A DNA stretch of 64,000 nt, taken from the human T2T-CHM13v2.0 reference genome, Homo sapiens. The first letter of the stretch is position 1. Every line of letters starts with the position of its first letter. A program made the position numbers and the translations under genes. This document shows positions 1 to 13,842 of this stretch, one piece after another. The stretch is taken from positions 24,960,001 through 25,024,000 of the forward strand of contig CP068257.2 of NCBI GenBank assembly GCA_009914755.4, written 5' to 3'. The notes under the pieces are model-generated. The model was not told where the DNA came from. It did not search any database and saw only the letters and a program-made list of their open reading frames with translations.

Positions 1-355
1 TGATAGAAATCATTGTACTGATCAGCTCTGTTATTGTGGGGAACTGCCTGACAAGGGTGCAAATGAACTTTCTGGGTTAATGTAAATGTTCTGTGTAGCT
101 TGAAAGTTGGGAATTGTTAACAGGTGTATGTGTTTGTCAAAATTCATTAAACAGTACATTTGAAGGTATGTACATTTTACAGAATGTAAATTACACATCA
201 ATTTTTTAACAAAAGAGTACAGGAGGAAAGTGAAATTGTGAGATCAAAGAAAAAGCATTGAATATGAACATCCACAATTTTTCTTCCCACTCCCACATTA
301 AAAGAAAAACTCCGTTACTGTTTAATAGCTTTCAGGACTTTTTTTCTATTTGTTA

Positions 356-678
356 TTTTTTTTCTTTTTTTCTTTTTCTTTTTTTTTTTTTTTTTTTTGA
401 GGTGGAGTCTTGCTCTGTCACTCAGGCTGGAGTGCAGTGGCGCAATCTTGGCTCACTGCAACCTCCGCCTCCCAGGTTCAAGTGATTCTATGCCTCAGCC
501 TCCTGAGTAGCTGGGATTACAGGTGCCCGCCACCACACTTGGCTAATTTTTTTGTGTTTTTATTAAAGATGGGGTTTCACCATCTTGGCCAGGCTGGTCT
601 TGAACTCCTGACTTTCTGATCCACCCGCCTCGGCCTTCCAAAGTGCTAGGATTACAGGTGTGAGCCACCACGCCCGGC
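356..678 (-). mobile_element. Alu SINE (AluS-like), reverse orientation, with leading poly-T tail
   Basis: T-rich tract 356-398, then reverse-complement Alu: 'gaggtggagtcttgctctgtcactcaggctggagtgcagtggcgcaatcttggctcactgcaacctccgcctcccaggttcaagtgattc...' ending 'tgtgagccaccacgcccggc' at 678. Confidence 0.9.
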
Positions 679-681
679 TTA

Positions 682-3600
682 TTTGTTAATTTTTAATAAA
701 CACATTTTTAATTTGTAATTTTTGTAGGTATGTAGTAGGTGTATATATTTATGGGGTACATGAGATATTTTGATACAGGCATGCAATGCATAATAATCAC
801 ATCAGGGTAAGTGGAATATCCATCAGCTCAAGCATTTATTCTTTATTTGTTATACAAACAATTCAATTACAGTATTTTTTGCTATTTTAAGAATTACAAT
901 AAATTATTGTTAACTGTAGTCATCCTGTTGTGCTATCAAATACTAGATTTTGTTCATTCTATCTATGTTTTTGTACGCATTAACGATCCTCACTTCCACC
1001 ATCCCTTCCCTCTCTGACTACCCTTCCCAGCCTATGGTAACCATCATTCTACTCTCTATCTCCATGAATTCAGTTGTTTTACTTTTTAGCTCCCACAAAT
1101 AAGTGAGAATATGTGAAGTTTCTCTTTCTGTGCCTGGCTTATTTCACTTAACATAATGACTTCCAATTCCATCTATATCGTTGCAAATGATTGGATCTCA
1201 TTTTTTATATGGCTGAATAGTACTCCATTGCATATATGTACCACATTTTCTTGATCCATTTATCTGTTGAGGGACACTTGCTCCCAAACCTTGGCTATTG
1301 TAAATAATGCTGCAATAAACATGGAATGCAGATATCTCTTCAATATACTCATTTATTTTGGGTATATACCAGCAGTGTGATTGCTGGATCTTATAGTAGC
1401 TCTATTTTTAGTCTTCTGAGGAACCTCCAAATTGTCCTCCATAGTGATTGTACTAATTTACTTTCCCATCAACAGTGTATGAGTGTTCCTTTTTCCCCAC
1501 ATCTTTGCCAGCATTTGTTATTGCCTGTCTTTTGGATAAAAACCGTTTTAACTGGGGTGAGATGATATCTTATAGTAGTTTTGATTTACATTTCTCTGAT
1601 GATCAATGATGTTGAAAACTTTTTTCATATTATTTGTTTGCCAGTTCTATGTCTTCTTTTGAGAAATGTCTATTCAGATCCTTTGCCAATTTTTAAATTG
1701 GTTTATTAGATTTTTAACTTCATATATATTCTGGTTATTAATCCCTTGTCAGATGGACAGTGTGCAAGTATTTTCTCCCATTCTGTGGGTTGTCTCTTCA
1801 TTTTGTTGATTGTTTTCTTTGCTGTACAGGAGCTTTTTAACTTGATATGATCCCATTTGTCAATTTTTGCTTTGGTTGTCTGTGCTTCTGGGGTGTCGTT
1901 CAAGAAACCTTTGCCCAGACCAATGTCCTGTTGTGTCTCCAATGTTTTATTTTAGTAGTTTCATAGTTTAAGGTCTTAAATTTAAGTCTTTAATCCATTC
2001 TGATTTGATTTTTGTATATGGTGAGAGATAGAGATCTATTTTCTTTCATCTGTATATAGGTATTCAGTTTCCCCAGCCCCATTTATTGAAGAGACTGTCC
2101 CTTGCTCAATGTATGTTCCTGGCAACTTTGTTGAAAATGAGTTCACTTTAGATGTATGGATTTGTCTCTGGGTTCTCTATTCTGTTTCATTGGTCTATGT
2201 GTCTGCTTTTATGCCAGTACCATGCTGTTTTGGTTACTATAGCTCTGTAGTATAATGTGAGGTCAGGCAATGTGGTTTCTCCAGTTTTGGTCTTTTTGCT
2301 TAGGATAGCTTTGGATATTCTGAGTATTTTGTGGTCTCATATAAATTTTAGAATTTTTTTTCTATTTCTGTGAAGAATGCCATTGGTATTTTGATAGGAA
2401 TTGCATTGAATCCATTGAATGTTTTGGGTAGTGTGAACATTTTAACAATATTGATTCTTCCAGTCCATGAATATCAATTTTTTTCATATTTTGTTGTCTT
2501 TTTTATTTCTTTGATCAATATTTTAAAGTTTTCATTGCAGATATCTTTTACTTCTTTGGTTAGGTTAATTCTTAGGTATTTAATTTTATGTGTAGCTATT
2601 ATAAGTAAGATTACTTTCTTGATTATTTTTCAAATTGTTTATTGTTGGCATATAGAAATGCTATTGATTTTAAAAAGTACTTTTTATTTCAACACTTTTA
2701 AGGTACAAGTACTTTTTGGTTACATGAATAAATTGTGTTGTGGTGAAGTCTGAGATTTTAGTGAAGCCATTACCTGAGCTACTGATTTTTGTATGTTGAT
2801 TTTCTATTCCTCGTTTTTACTGAATTTATTTATCAATTCTATTTGTTTTTTGGTGGAGTCCTACAGACAATAATTTGACCTCTTCCTTTCCAATTTGGAA
2901 GCCCTTTATTTCTTTCATTTGTCTGATTGCTCTTGCTAGAACTATGTTGAATCATAGTGGTGAAAGTAGGCATCTTAGTCTTTTTCTAGATCTTAGAGGA
3001 AAGGCTTTGAATTTTTCCCCATTCAGTATGATACTAGCAACAGGTCTGTCATTTATGGCTTTTAATGTGTTGGGGTATGTTTCTTCTATACCCAGTTTTT
3101 TGAGGGTATTTTTTGTCATGAAGTGGTGTTGAATTTTATCCAATGCTTTTTCAGCATCAATTGAAATGATCATATGGTTTTTATCTTTCATTCTATTGAT
3201 ATGATCTATCATATTAATTGATTTACAGATGTTGAATTATCCTTGGGTCCCTGGGATAAATACCACTTGGCCATGATGAATGATCTTTTAAAAGTGTTGT
3301 TGAATTTGATTTGCTAGTATTTTGTTGACGATTTTGCATCAATATTTATTAGGGATATTGACCTGTAGTTTTCTCTTTTTGATATGTCACTGTCTAGTTT
3401 TGGTATCAGGATAACACTGGACTCATAGAATATGTTTGGAAGTATTCCTGCCTCCTTTACTTTTTGGAATAGTATAAGTAGGAGTGGTATTAGTTCTTCT
3501 TTAAATTGGTAAAATTCAGCATTGAAGTCATTAAGTCCTGGGCTTTTCTTTGCTCAGAAAATTTTTATTACGTCTTCAATCTAGTCACTTGTTATTGGTC

Positions 3601-4660
3601 TGTTCAGGTTTGGGATTTAATGGTTCAATCTTGCCCTTATGGATTTTCCGATTTATTGGAATATAGTTGCTCATAGTAGCCTCTAATGATCCTTTGAATG
3701 TCTGTGACATTGGCTGTAATGTCTCCTTTTTCATATTTGATTTTATTTATTTGAGTCTTCTCTTTTTCTTAGTCTGACTAAAGGTTTGTCAATTTTCTCT
3801 ATCTTTTCAAAGAACTAACTTTTCATTTGATTAATCTTTTGTATTGCTTTCTTTATTTCAATTTCATTAATTTCTGCTCTGATCTTTATTATTTCTTTTC
3901 TCCTAATTTTGGGTTTGATTTTGCTCTTGCTTTTCTAGTTCTTTAAGATGCATTGTTAAGTTGTTTGAGGTTTTTCTACTTTTTTGATGTAGGTGTTTAT
4001 TGCTATAAACCCTCTTAGTACTGCTTTCACTGTATCCCATAGGTTTTGGTATGCTGTATTCCCAACATCATTTGTTTAAGAAATTTTTAAAATTACTCCT
4101 TAATTTCTTCATTGACCCACTGGTCGTTCAGGAGCATATTATTTAAATTTCCATGTGTTTGTATAGTTTCCAAAAATCCTCTTGTTTTTGACTTCTAGTT
4201 TTATTCCGTTGTGGTCAAAGAGGATATTTGATATGATTTCAACTTTTTTGAATTTTTTTAACATTTATTTTGTGGCCTAACATATGGTTTATTCTTGAGA
4301 ATGATCCATGTGCTGAGAAGAATGCATATTCTGTGGCTATTACATAAAATGTTCAGTAAATAACTATGAGGTCTATTTGGTCTATAGCGTAGATTAAGTC
4401 CAATGTTCCTTTATTTATTTTCTGTTTGGAAGGTCTGTCCAATGCTGAAAGTGAGGTGCTGAAGTCTCCAGTTATTATTGTATTGAGGTCTATCTCTCTC
4501 TTAACTCTAATAATATTTGCTTTATATATCTGGGTGCTCCAGTGTTGGGTGCATATATATTTCAAATTGTTATAGCCTCTTGCTGAATTAACCCCTTAAC
4601 ATTATATAATGACTTTCTTTGTCTTCTATTATTATTTTTAAATTATGTGTTTCCCACCAC
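682..4660 (-). mobile_element. LINE-1 (L1PB/L1MA-type), 5'-truncated inside ORF2, about 4 kb. 3' end abuts the Alu at 678
   Basis: Reverse-complement L1 3'UTR at 690-1300 ('...ggtaaccatcattctactctctatctccatgaattcagttg...cccacaaataagtgagaatatgtgaagtttc...'). Minus-strand ORFs translate L1 ORF2: C-terminus 1706-1942 ('...[41 protein letters not shown]'), RT domain 2952-3212 ('[32 protein letters not shown]...[17 protein letters not shown]'), EN domain 4353-4565 ('...IITGDFSTSLSALDRPSKQKINKGTLDLIYAIDQIDLIVIY'). Confidence 0.9.
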
Positions 4661-5583
4661 AATGGAAGCAACTGCAACAATATAGAGAGAAAGAAGTTGA
4701 GGGAGCTGGACAGAGAGAGAAGGAACATTGATAGCCACTATCTTGCTACACTGTGTAAGATTAAAAGAGAGTCTCGGATAAAGAGATTTTAACACATTTT
4801 GCTCATTGTTAAAAATACAGTTCCTCTTTAATGCTTTCCAAAAGCAGCAGTAAAGATTTAAATTGCCTCCCAATCTCTCTTGGACATTGCACCAGTGTTT
4901 CACTTAAATGTATTCTCTTTGCTGAGGTAGACCAGGAAACAGTGTTTCCTGAGGCACACTAGCATCATATGTTCAATCCTAATATATTTTTATTATCATT
5001 CTTAAGATACATCAGACAAATTTTAGCATTTTGTCTAATGTGTGACATCCTTTGGTTAATTTATTTTAATAAGTGACAGTCTGGTGAATTTATTTTAAAT
5101 GAATTATACAAGAAAAGTGATTTAAAAATAAATAAATCAGTAACAATGAAATATTTTATTTTTGAATATTAAGTAATGTGTTGTAGTAAAACATGCAAAA
5201 GTAACTTTCATTATCTGGTATGGAAAATGTTGCAATTTGTATTTTTTCATGATTTCATGTTTTGTTTCTAGATTAGACAAATAGGCATATAAAGTTATTA
5301 TTTCAATTATGCTTTGTAAATTAGCTTCAGGAGTTTAGGCAATCATTTTCAAAGAGGCAAATGTTAAATTAGAGGCATTCCATTGCTGTATTTTGTCTTT
5401 TTCACATTGATCTTCAAAGTTGAAGTATCATTTAAATGCTAGTTACGAGTTTTGATCAGCTGGATATAATAACAATTACTCTGAAATGAAATTTCAGGTT
5501 TTTGTGTGCTTCTCATTACCTGCAGTCCGAAATCATTGTTCCTTATGCTACCTGCTTTTAATGAAGGGTCCAGTATGGGTATA

Positions 5584-5745
5584 CAGGTTGAACATCCCTA
5601 ATGTGAAAATCCAAAATTCAAAATTCAAAATGCTTCAAATTCTGAAACATTTTGAGTACTGAAAAGATGACGCAAGTGGAAAATTCCACACCTGCCCTCC
5701 TGTGATGGCTCACAGTGAAAATGTGGTCAAAGCTTTGGAGCCGGG
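5584..5745. mobile_element. Fragment of a non-autonomous DNA-transposon-like (MITE-like) interspersed repeat, family not assigned
   Basis: Sequence 'caggttgaacatccctaatgtgaaaatccaaaattcaaaattcaaaatgcttcaaattctgaaacattttgagtactgaaaagatgacgcaagtggaaaattccacacctgccctcctgtgatggctcacagtgaaaatgtggtcaaa' matches a human repeat consensus I recognise (terminal 'ggttgagcatccctaatcc(a/g)aaaatccgaaatc...caagtggaaaattccacacctg...catgtgatgggtcacagtcaaaa') but cannot name with confidence. Confidence 0.4.
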
Positions 5746-8700
5746 CTCTATTGTGGCCACAACCAGCCTCTAGCAATCTGTAGTTGGAGCTGGATGGATC
5801 TTCGGAGGTGTGCCAAATACAGCGAAGGTGTCCACGCCCTCATGGCCTTACATCCACCTTTCTCTGGATGCCAGCAGGCCCTGGGAAGGGAGATGACTTC
5901 CATCAAGGATCAAGATGGCTCTCCTCAGTGGAGGGTTATCACAGGGAGGGAGGTGTGAATGGGAAAACTGGGAGTAAGAGGGAGCATTCAGCATTGAGGA
6001 AGAAGCTCCTCAGTCTAGAAGGAGAATCCCTGGGCTAAACCAGAGCATCTACTATAGAGGGGGAGGCACACTATTTAGAGGTTGAAGAAAGATGCAAAGT
6101 GTGATAAGAACGAAGGAGATGAATGAATTGGAGGTAGGTAATAATGTTACCTTTAGGAAGAAGGAAAAGTGTGGGTTAGAACCTAGGACTATTATTTATG
6201 AGACTGAAAAGAAGTTTGCTCAAATGAGATTTTATACTCAAGTCCTTATTTAATGTTGTGATGTTAATCTAAAATATGATTGTCTATGAACCTTGAATAT
6301 GATCCAATATTGAACCTGAATATGGTCCAATATATGTCAGCAATATAATTTATTATTATTTTTGAAACAAATGCCATTTTACATAAAATCTATTACTTCA
6401 GTGCAACTTTCTGCCTTTAAACCTGTTAAAAATTTCCTATTGTTGTTATCATTATCTATCTTCCTTATGTATGTTTTACTTGTGTATTGCAGGTTCTTAA
6501 TGAAAAATTTTCTTTCCCCTCTGCTCTCCTCTTGGAGGTCATAATGACAATTACATATCCTTCGTGCTCATACATAATACATGAATACTACAGAAGTAGG
6601 TTATTGAAGTATTTCACTTATCTCCTGTATCACCTTTTCATCTGATGTGTACTGAGGAGAAATTTAATATACAGATGTTCTCTTCCACTTTTAAGCACTA
6701 ATTGTAAATTTAGGTTGCATATACATGAAAGAGAGTTTAAAGAAGTTTGTTAATTTGGGGAATAAATAGTGTACTAGACCTATATTCCAGTTCTGGCTAG
6801 ATCTGTATTCCACTCCGTGCTCTGCTGTGAACTTTGTGTAGAACCTTGACCAAGCAGTTTTATATCTCTAGTCTCAGTTATTATTTGTAAAGTTCAGTTT
6901 TGCATTGTGTGATTTGTAATGATATTTTTCTGTGAAATTGAAGCTGGGCTAAGACTCTGTAGGATCCCGCATTCTTTGACTGTTGACTACATCTTACATT
7001 TTCTAATTGTTCACAATAGTTTTTTTCCAGAGACATTTTTCTTTCTTTATGAACTGTCGCTCAACATAGGTAATTTAGTATGCAACTAAATTTCACATTA
7101 AATATTACACTTTCGCTTGGTTTCATAAATTTAAATCTAGTTCAAAACTGTAGTAGGATCACTTACATATACCTCTAAACTCACATGCTATAAAATCTAA
7201 TAGTTTAATTATTTTTCATAATTGTTCAAAAACTCCTAGGAAACTTCCATTGCCACTGAAAGAAAGGAAAATTCAAATTCCCTTTCAGGCCTGTTTCTTT
7301 GTTTCCCATCCTAAGTCCCAAATGGAAGGACAGCTCACAAGGCGAGGGATCCAGACCTATGTGTGAACTGTGTGTCATCAGGACTCCTACCATCTCTCTT
7401 CTCGCTGGCTACGGGCACCAGTGCCTACTGTGGTACAACTGGCTCCTCTGGATATGTTGTGGTTTATGTTTCCTCCCCTGCTGAAGTCTGGGGCTGGTGA
7501 ATATTTTCTGTGGGTTCTACTTTATAGGTACAGACTCTGTTCTTGTCCATGGAGCGATAACTTCTGGCTGCTGTTTCCTTGTGAGGCATAATTGATGGTC
7601 TTCAGGCACTAGCTAGGCATCTCTTCCACAGCTTCTTGGCGTTTGGGATCCAGTGGAATCTTGATGGCTACTTCTACCTGGGATCTTCTGGGGACAAAAT
7701 CCCATTGCTTTGGAGTTCCAACTTATCTTTCTGTTTTTTTTTTAAATACCCATTGCATAAACCTGAACACAAACATATGAACATCTCCTGTATAGTCTCC
7801 TCCCAGCCCCCTCGCCACTCGGAGAAGTGAGTGAGGTCTCTCTCACTCCTCTTTCCATCTGAGGGACTTCTCCTGTGTCAACTCCATCCTCCAGCTTTCC
7901 AAAGTGGGATGCAACTTTCATCTTTCCTGGAGGCATGTTGATTCTCAAAATTAAGGTGCCTTGAGTTATTGAAATCACAACCTTCCCACTCCTAAAGCAT
8001 GTAATCTCAAAAGTGAAATCTGCCTGGCTGCGTCTTGTGTGATGGAGAAGGAAATGTGCCTGGCGGGCCCCTTTAAATCTGATGGGAATGGGGAGGACAT
8101 TAGGGGTTACTGCTCAGACCCACATGCCAGGTGACTCTGTGGGCTGCTAGGCCTAAGTGTGACCTACAGAAACTTCCTCAGCAGGTCCTGCAGGGCAAGC
8201 ATTTGGACCTTTTGAAGCAACAGAATCAATTTTGCTTGAACTTTCTGTAGCTGACTGCATTGCTCTGTGTTTCCTCTAGCAAATCTCAGTATGAGAATTA
8301 CTGTGAGCCCTCTAGGGCAGCATGTTTCAAACTGTGTGTTGTGACCCATTACTGATTATGAAATCCATTTAACAGGTCTGGAGCAACGTTTTAAAAAAAA
8401 TGTGAAAGAGGATAGAATAGGAAGGAAAATATCAGCTTCCATAGCCTGTAGTGAGGGCAACATTTATTGAAACTTGTTTATTTTGTTCAAGATCTTCTAA
8501 GTGTCTTGTACTGGCTTAGAAATTAAAATACATTTCTTACAGAGTCCTCAGGCCATAAATTTCAAACACTACTTCTCTAAGATATATGAGCAAAGTCATG
8601 CCTGCCTGATCAAATAACTTGTTTCCTTTGAAGGAACAGCTCTTTCCCTAGTACTTGGATCTGGAAGATGGAGACTGGGTCTGACACTAGAAGACCATAT

Positions 8701-9737
8701 TGCTCTTCATGATCTGGGTGTTATCTGACCTCCTAATCAATAAAGTAGGGCCTGACCAGCATCACTTAATCATCACACGAAAATGGCATATATGGTATTA
8801 GACAATAACCAGCCCAGAACACACAAATAATAGAAATAAGTTGTTCTCACTGCCAGTATACATCCTGATGCATAAAGTGTCACCTGCCCCATGACCCACA
8901 ACTAGAGTCACATGTGGAGTTCCATTTGATGTGTTGACTGAGGGGAAAAATAAATGGATTCCAGGAACAAATCATTCCTTTCAGAGTTCTAAAATCAGCT
9001 GTGAGTAGGTGTGCAGTGTTACATCTCCATCAGGTTACTTCTGAAGGACAGTGGACAGAGTTTGCCACTGGGTTGCCCACTTTCCTGGAGGAAGAGATAA
9101 TCTAAATAAATGTTAACATGATTTCCTTGGTTGGTTCGTTGGTCTGGGATTTGAGGAGTAGTGACAATGTTTGGGGAAGAGGTATGTGGGTGAGGCTAGA
9201 GTATGGGGTTATTTGTGAAACTTACTTCTGAAGAGACAGCTTTTAATTAATCATCAGGTGGACAAGATGACCATCTCTGTGACTATCAGTCAGCCGCATC
9301 TTCCAAAATCCAGCATTTGTGCAGTGGTTAAAGTGGCAAAGGCAGTAAAAACACATGAGTTTAACACTTCTTTTTACCAAGGCTTATCTGAACATTGGAG
9401 GCCCTATATGCCATCAGCAGAAACAAAACCTGAGACTCTGTAGGAGATTGTGTTGATTGTCCCACTCAATAGGTGTACCCTAAGAGAAGAGAGATATACA
9501 TGGAAATAAAGACCTGCCCTTTCTTGCTGCCTTTGGATGTTGTTACACCACAGCATGAAGCTCGGGGCTGGGCAGTCATTTTGCCACCTAGAGAGAAGAT
9601 CCAAGAGATTCTTAAAAAAATTGGCTTAGAGTCCCAGACTTCTCAGAGATCCTGAACTTACCAATCCAAAATTACTGTGATGTGAGAAGATAAACCTTCA
9701 TTGTTTAAACCACATCTTATTTGGTGTATTAGCTTTA

Positions 9738-10205
9738 TGTGGCTGCTATAACAAATTACTGCAAACTTGGCAGCTTAAAATAGCACACATTTATTCTCTT
9801 ACTATTCTGGAGATCAGAATTCCAAAATCAGTTTCACTGGGCTGAAATCAAGGTGTCAGCAACGCTGTGCTTCCTCCAGATACTCTAGGGAAAAATCTGT
9901 TTCCTTGTCTTTTCCAGCTTCTAGAGCTGCATTTCTTGCATTCCTTGGCTTGTGGCCCTTTCCCCCATCTTCAAAGCCAGATGTGTGGCACTTTCAATAT
10001 TTTCTCTCCTTCATCACATTGCCTTCTGTGTCTGTAACTTTATCCCCTTTGAAAATTATAGTATGGGATAACCCGAATAATTCAAATAATGCCCCATGTT
10101 AAAATCCTAAACTTAATCACATCTGTAAAATCATATAAATTAGCACTCATAGCTTCTACAGATTAGAACCTGGATATCTTTGGGGGCCATTAGGAAGCCA
10201 ACCGT
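9738..10205 (-). mobile_element. MaLR solo LTR, MLT1-family-like, reverse orientation
   Basis: Reverse-complement of the MLT1-type 3' end ('ggctgctataacaaattactgcaaacttggcagcttaaaatagcacacatttattctcttactattctggagatcagaattccaaaatcag...aatcaaggtgtcagc...') through the '...ttgaaaattat...tctttgggggccat...' region. Same architecture as the other MLT1-like copies at 28340 and 49925. Confidence 0.55.
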
Positions 10206-12283
10206 ATTGGATATTCTATCATCACTTGGAGGTAAAAGCTTTCTTACTAATAGTCCCTCCAATACGGAAGTATGCCTGGGGTGTGGGGGACTACCAGCAA
10301 TTTTCCAAGGCTCTAGGTTGATTCCTCTGGACTCCTTCCATCACAAAAGGAAATAATTGATCTTCCCTAACTTATCTCATCCCGGATTTGTATTTTCTTT
10401 TGCTTCCTACCATGCCATATGTACCTTCATCCTTGAATTTATTGCATGTCTAAAAGCTTTCAGCATGTGCAACATTGTGGGAGCTGACACTCACGGGATT
10501 CATTAGTATTATCACGTCCCCTGCAAGTTAGAAGCTTCTGGTCTTCCAGAATAAAGAATAACCTTATTGTCACCTAGTTATAACTCATCTAGGAGACTAT
10601 TTTTGCAGGATATAGTATGAACCAGAAGTCAATATGTGCTGTTGATTCTCCCATTGCGAGAATATATTGATTCTCAAAATAGGGAGTAGAGGTGAGGGTG
10701 TCAATTCTCATATTACGTGAAATGTGAGTTCAATCTCCCAACTCTGGGATGTTTGGGCTTAGAAATTTTAGGGACCAAGGAATAAGTAGACAAAATTTAT
10801 ACTGGCCATCACAGGCTTTTCAGCTGCTGGATAAAAATTCACCAAAGGAGAAAAAAGAAGAGAGAGCGAGAAGAATATTCCTATTAAAGAGAAATGAGAA
10901 ATAAGATTGCAATATTCATCAATATTGCTTTACTTATGGTATAATGTATATTTCTATATATTTTATGCACAACTCCCCCATCCTTGTGGTTAAAATGCAA
11001 GTTAAACTATACATTGAGGAATGCCAAAATCGAACAGCGACAGAACTAGAGAAAGACTGCAGCACCCCAGCGATTCTGCAGATGGTTCGGTTTGGTGAAA
11101 AACAATCACTCTGACACATTTTATTGAAGTTACATTTTGGTTGATAAGTTCAAAGGACAAATTTGCAGCAAAGCCTAAGATATTAAGCTGGGGGATGTTC
11201 AGTGATCGTGGCCCCTTTAATCTGTTTAGGTCTTCATTGGAGAAGATCCTGTCATAGAGTTCTGTCTGACCATAGGAAGGTTCTACCAAGTTGCAAGAAG
11301 CCCTGGTTGGGGCTTACCTAGTGGTTCATCCCTCTGCCAAGTCACATTTAAATAATTACTTCATGTGGAAGCAAACTTGCATTTACTATATCACTTCATG
11401 TGGCTCTAGCATCCAGGTTCCAGGTACAATTTCTAAGTATGCCTCTCAACATCACCCACTCCATTGTCACAAGTTGTATTATAATGACCAGGCACCTCAC
11501 ATGTGTCCTTTTACTTACAACTACATAACTACTGATGTCTCCTGGACAATGAGATCAGCGAGGGATACACTTCTACTTGAAAATATTTCACATGAACTAG
11601 ATTGAGTGGACTTCTGAAAGAATATGTGAAAGCGAATTCTCCTGAGCATATGCTACTGTGAGAACTATTTCATGCTAATGTCATTGAATATAATATTTCT
11701 GCATGTTAGCTTTAGTTCAGGAGTTCCCATCCTTTACTAAACCATGAACAGCTTTGGTTGTCGGCTGAAGCCTGTGGAGTCCTGCTCAGTATATTATTCC
11801 TAAATGTACAAAATAAAAATACATAGAATCACAAAGAACATCGATAATATTGAAATACAATTATCAAAATAATCATGTTTTTAAAAACAGTAATATACGT
11901 GCTTTTTAAGGAATATACAAAATAATAAGCTCTAGCAGTGGGCTGAAATCTGCTTTAATTTCAAGCTAGTTTTGAACATTAATGATAGTCTGTAACAACT
12001 GTAATGTGATATGAAATTGGCAGTAATTTCTTGAAAGCACAGATATTGCTAACACTTCTCTGGCTTGTTACCTATATTTTTAACTGGAAAAAATGCTAAT
12101 CTATAGAGTTAGTGGTTAATGAAAAAACAATTATATTTTTTCCATTCAAGTTCAAATATCTCTGAATTTTATAAACAAATCCCTTGTTTAAGGGACGCTA
12201 CATAAATTCTGAAGACTTTGACAGATATCTATAGGCAGTTCTTCATAAGAAGGGTACCACTATAACAAATATTACATTTTTAA

Positions 12284-12440
12284 GTTGTGGGGTGGGGGGA
12301 GGGGGAGGGATAGCATTAGAAGATATACCTAATGTAAATGACAAGTTAATGGGTGCAGCACACCAACATGGCACATGCATACATATATAACAAACGTGCA
12401 CTTTGTGCACATGTTCCCTAGAACTTAAAGTATAATAAAA
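12284..12440 (+). mobile_element. LINE-1 3'-terminal fragment (about 155 bp, L1PA-type 3'UTR end)
   Basis: 'gtggggtgggggggagggggagggatagcattagaagatatacctaatgtaaatgacaagttaatgggtgcagcacaccaacatggcacatgcatacatatataacaaacgtgcactttgtgcacatgttccctagaacttaaagtataataaaa' is the canonical L1 3' terminus. Confidence 0.85.
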
Positions 12441-13443
12441 GATACATTTTTACATTTATTTTATGGGTATGTTTCTTACCCACTTCTATACACTGTTTCA
12501 TCAAAATTCTTACTTTTTTGGATTCTCCTAAGATTTTTCTCTTCCTGAAGTTCCTTTCTCAGTTACATATGTCATCAGCAGGGTTCTCAAGTTCCCTCTT
12601 CTTTCCTCCTCATTTCATCATCTCTAGTCTATCTAAGGAAGAGTATTTTTTTCTTTTTCTTCTAACAGTGAAAGAGAAAGTTGATCTACAGATTGTATAT
12701 TCAACTAAAGATTTTGGTCCATAATTCATGTGGCAGTCAAACAGAACCTGGTAAGATGTGAACTTTTACCAGTGATCATTTCTGTGTAATCGCATTGTTC
12801 ATTGGCCGTAACTTCATTTGTAAATCCATTTATTAAATTACATAGTATATTCATTTCAGTCTTCAGCCATTTTTTGGAAAATCTGAAAATACTTTATAAA
12901 TCTAAGGTTTCACAGTGACTCACAGACATTACATTTGTCAGAAATCATATCATATATAAGATATATTTATTATCCCAGTCCTCTACAATTAATGATATGA
13001 AGGAAAAGTAAATGCTTGCATGAAGTCTAAAGAAACGTAGAAGTTCAATCATTATAGAAATCCGTAGAGAGCTAATATGCTGGTAGGTTAAAGAAAGAGT
13101 GAGGTCATATGCAAAAAGTTTATTGGCAGATTTAAGATTTGTACTGTGGTGAAAGAAGAGAGAGCTGAAGCCTGGGAACAGGATGAAGAAAGCTGTTTCC
13201 TGTGATACAGGGTTCAGAGGCACACTAACATGGTAGGTGGAAGAGTGAGAAAGGAGTGCAGGAGATTCATAAGGAGTTAAGCTGGTATTTGTGATTTGTG
13301 CATTAGAAAAATGTTAGATATTGAAAAAAATGAGTAAAATGGAAAATATCAGTATAGAGAATAAATGCAATAATCTAGTTTCTGTGTGATACAATTAAAG
13401 TTTCTACCTTTTCAATGATATAAAAGTTAAGAAAGTGCTTAGA

Positions 13444-13842
<399 letters not shown>

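Noticed and set aside
2952-3212. L1 ORF2 RT-domain ORFs (here and at 41015-41251, 49375-49914, 52763-53137, 63120-63829) as intact protein-coding genes
   Set aside because: Each is a fragment of a 5'-truncated, inverted or internally deleted L1 with frameshifts and stops relative to the 1275-aa ORF2p. None is accompanied by an intact ORF1 plus a full ORF2, so none is a retrotransposition-competent element.
11002-11289. 95-aa minus-strand ORF 'MVEPSYGQTELYDRIFSNEDLNRLKGPRSLN...' in apparently unique sequence as a possible exon
   Set aside because: It has no recognisable domain or compositional signature of a real protein and no flanking splice-site consensus that I could support. An ORF of this length is expected by chance in 64 kb of six-frame translation. 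It is left unannotated; a conservation track would settle it.
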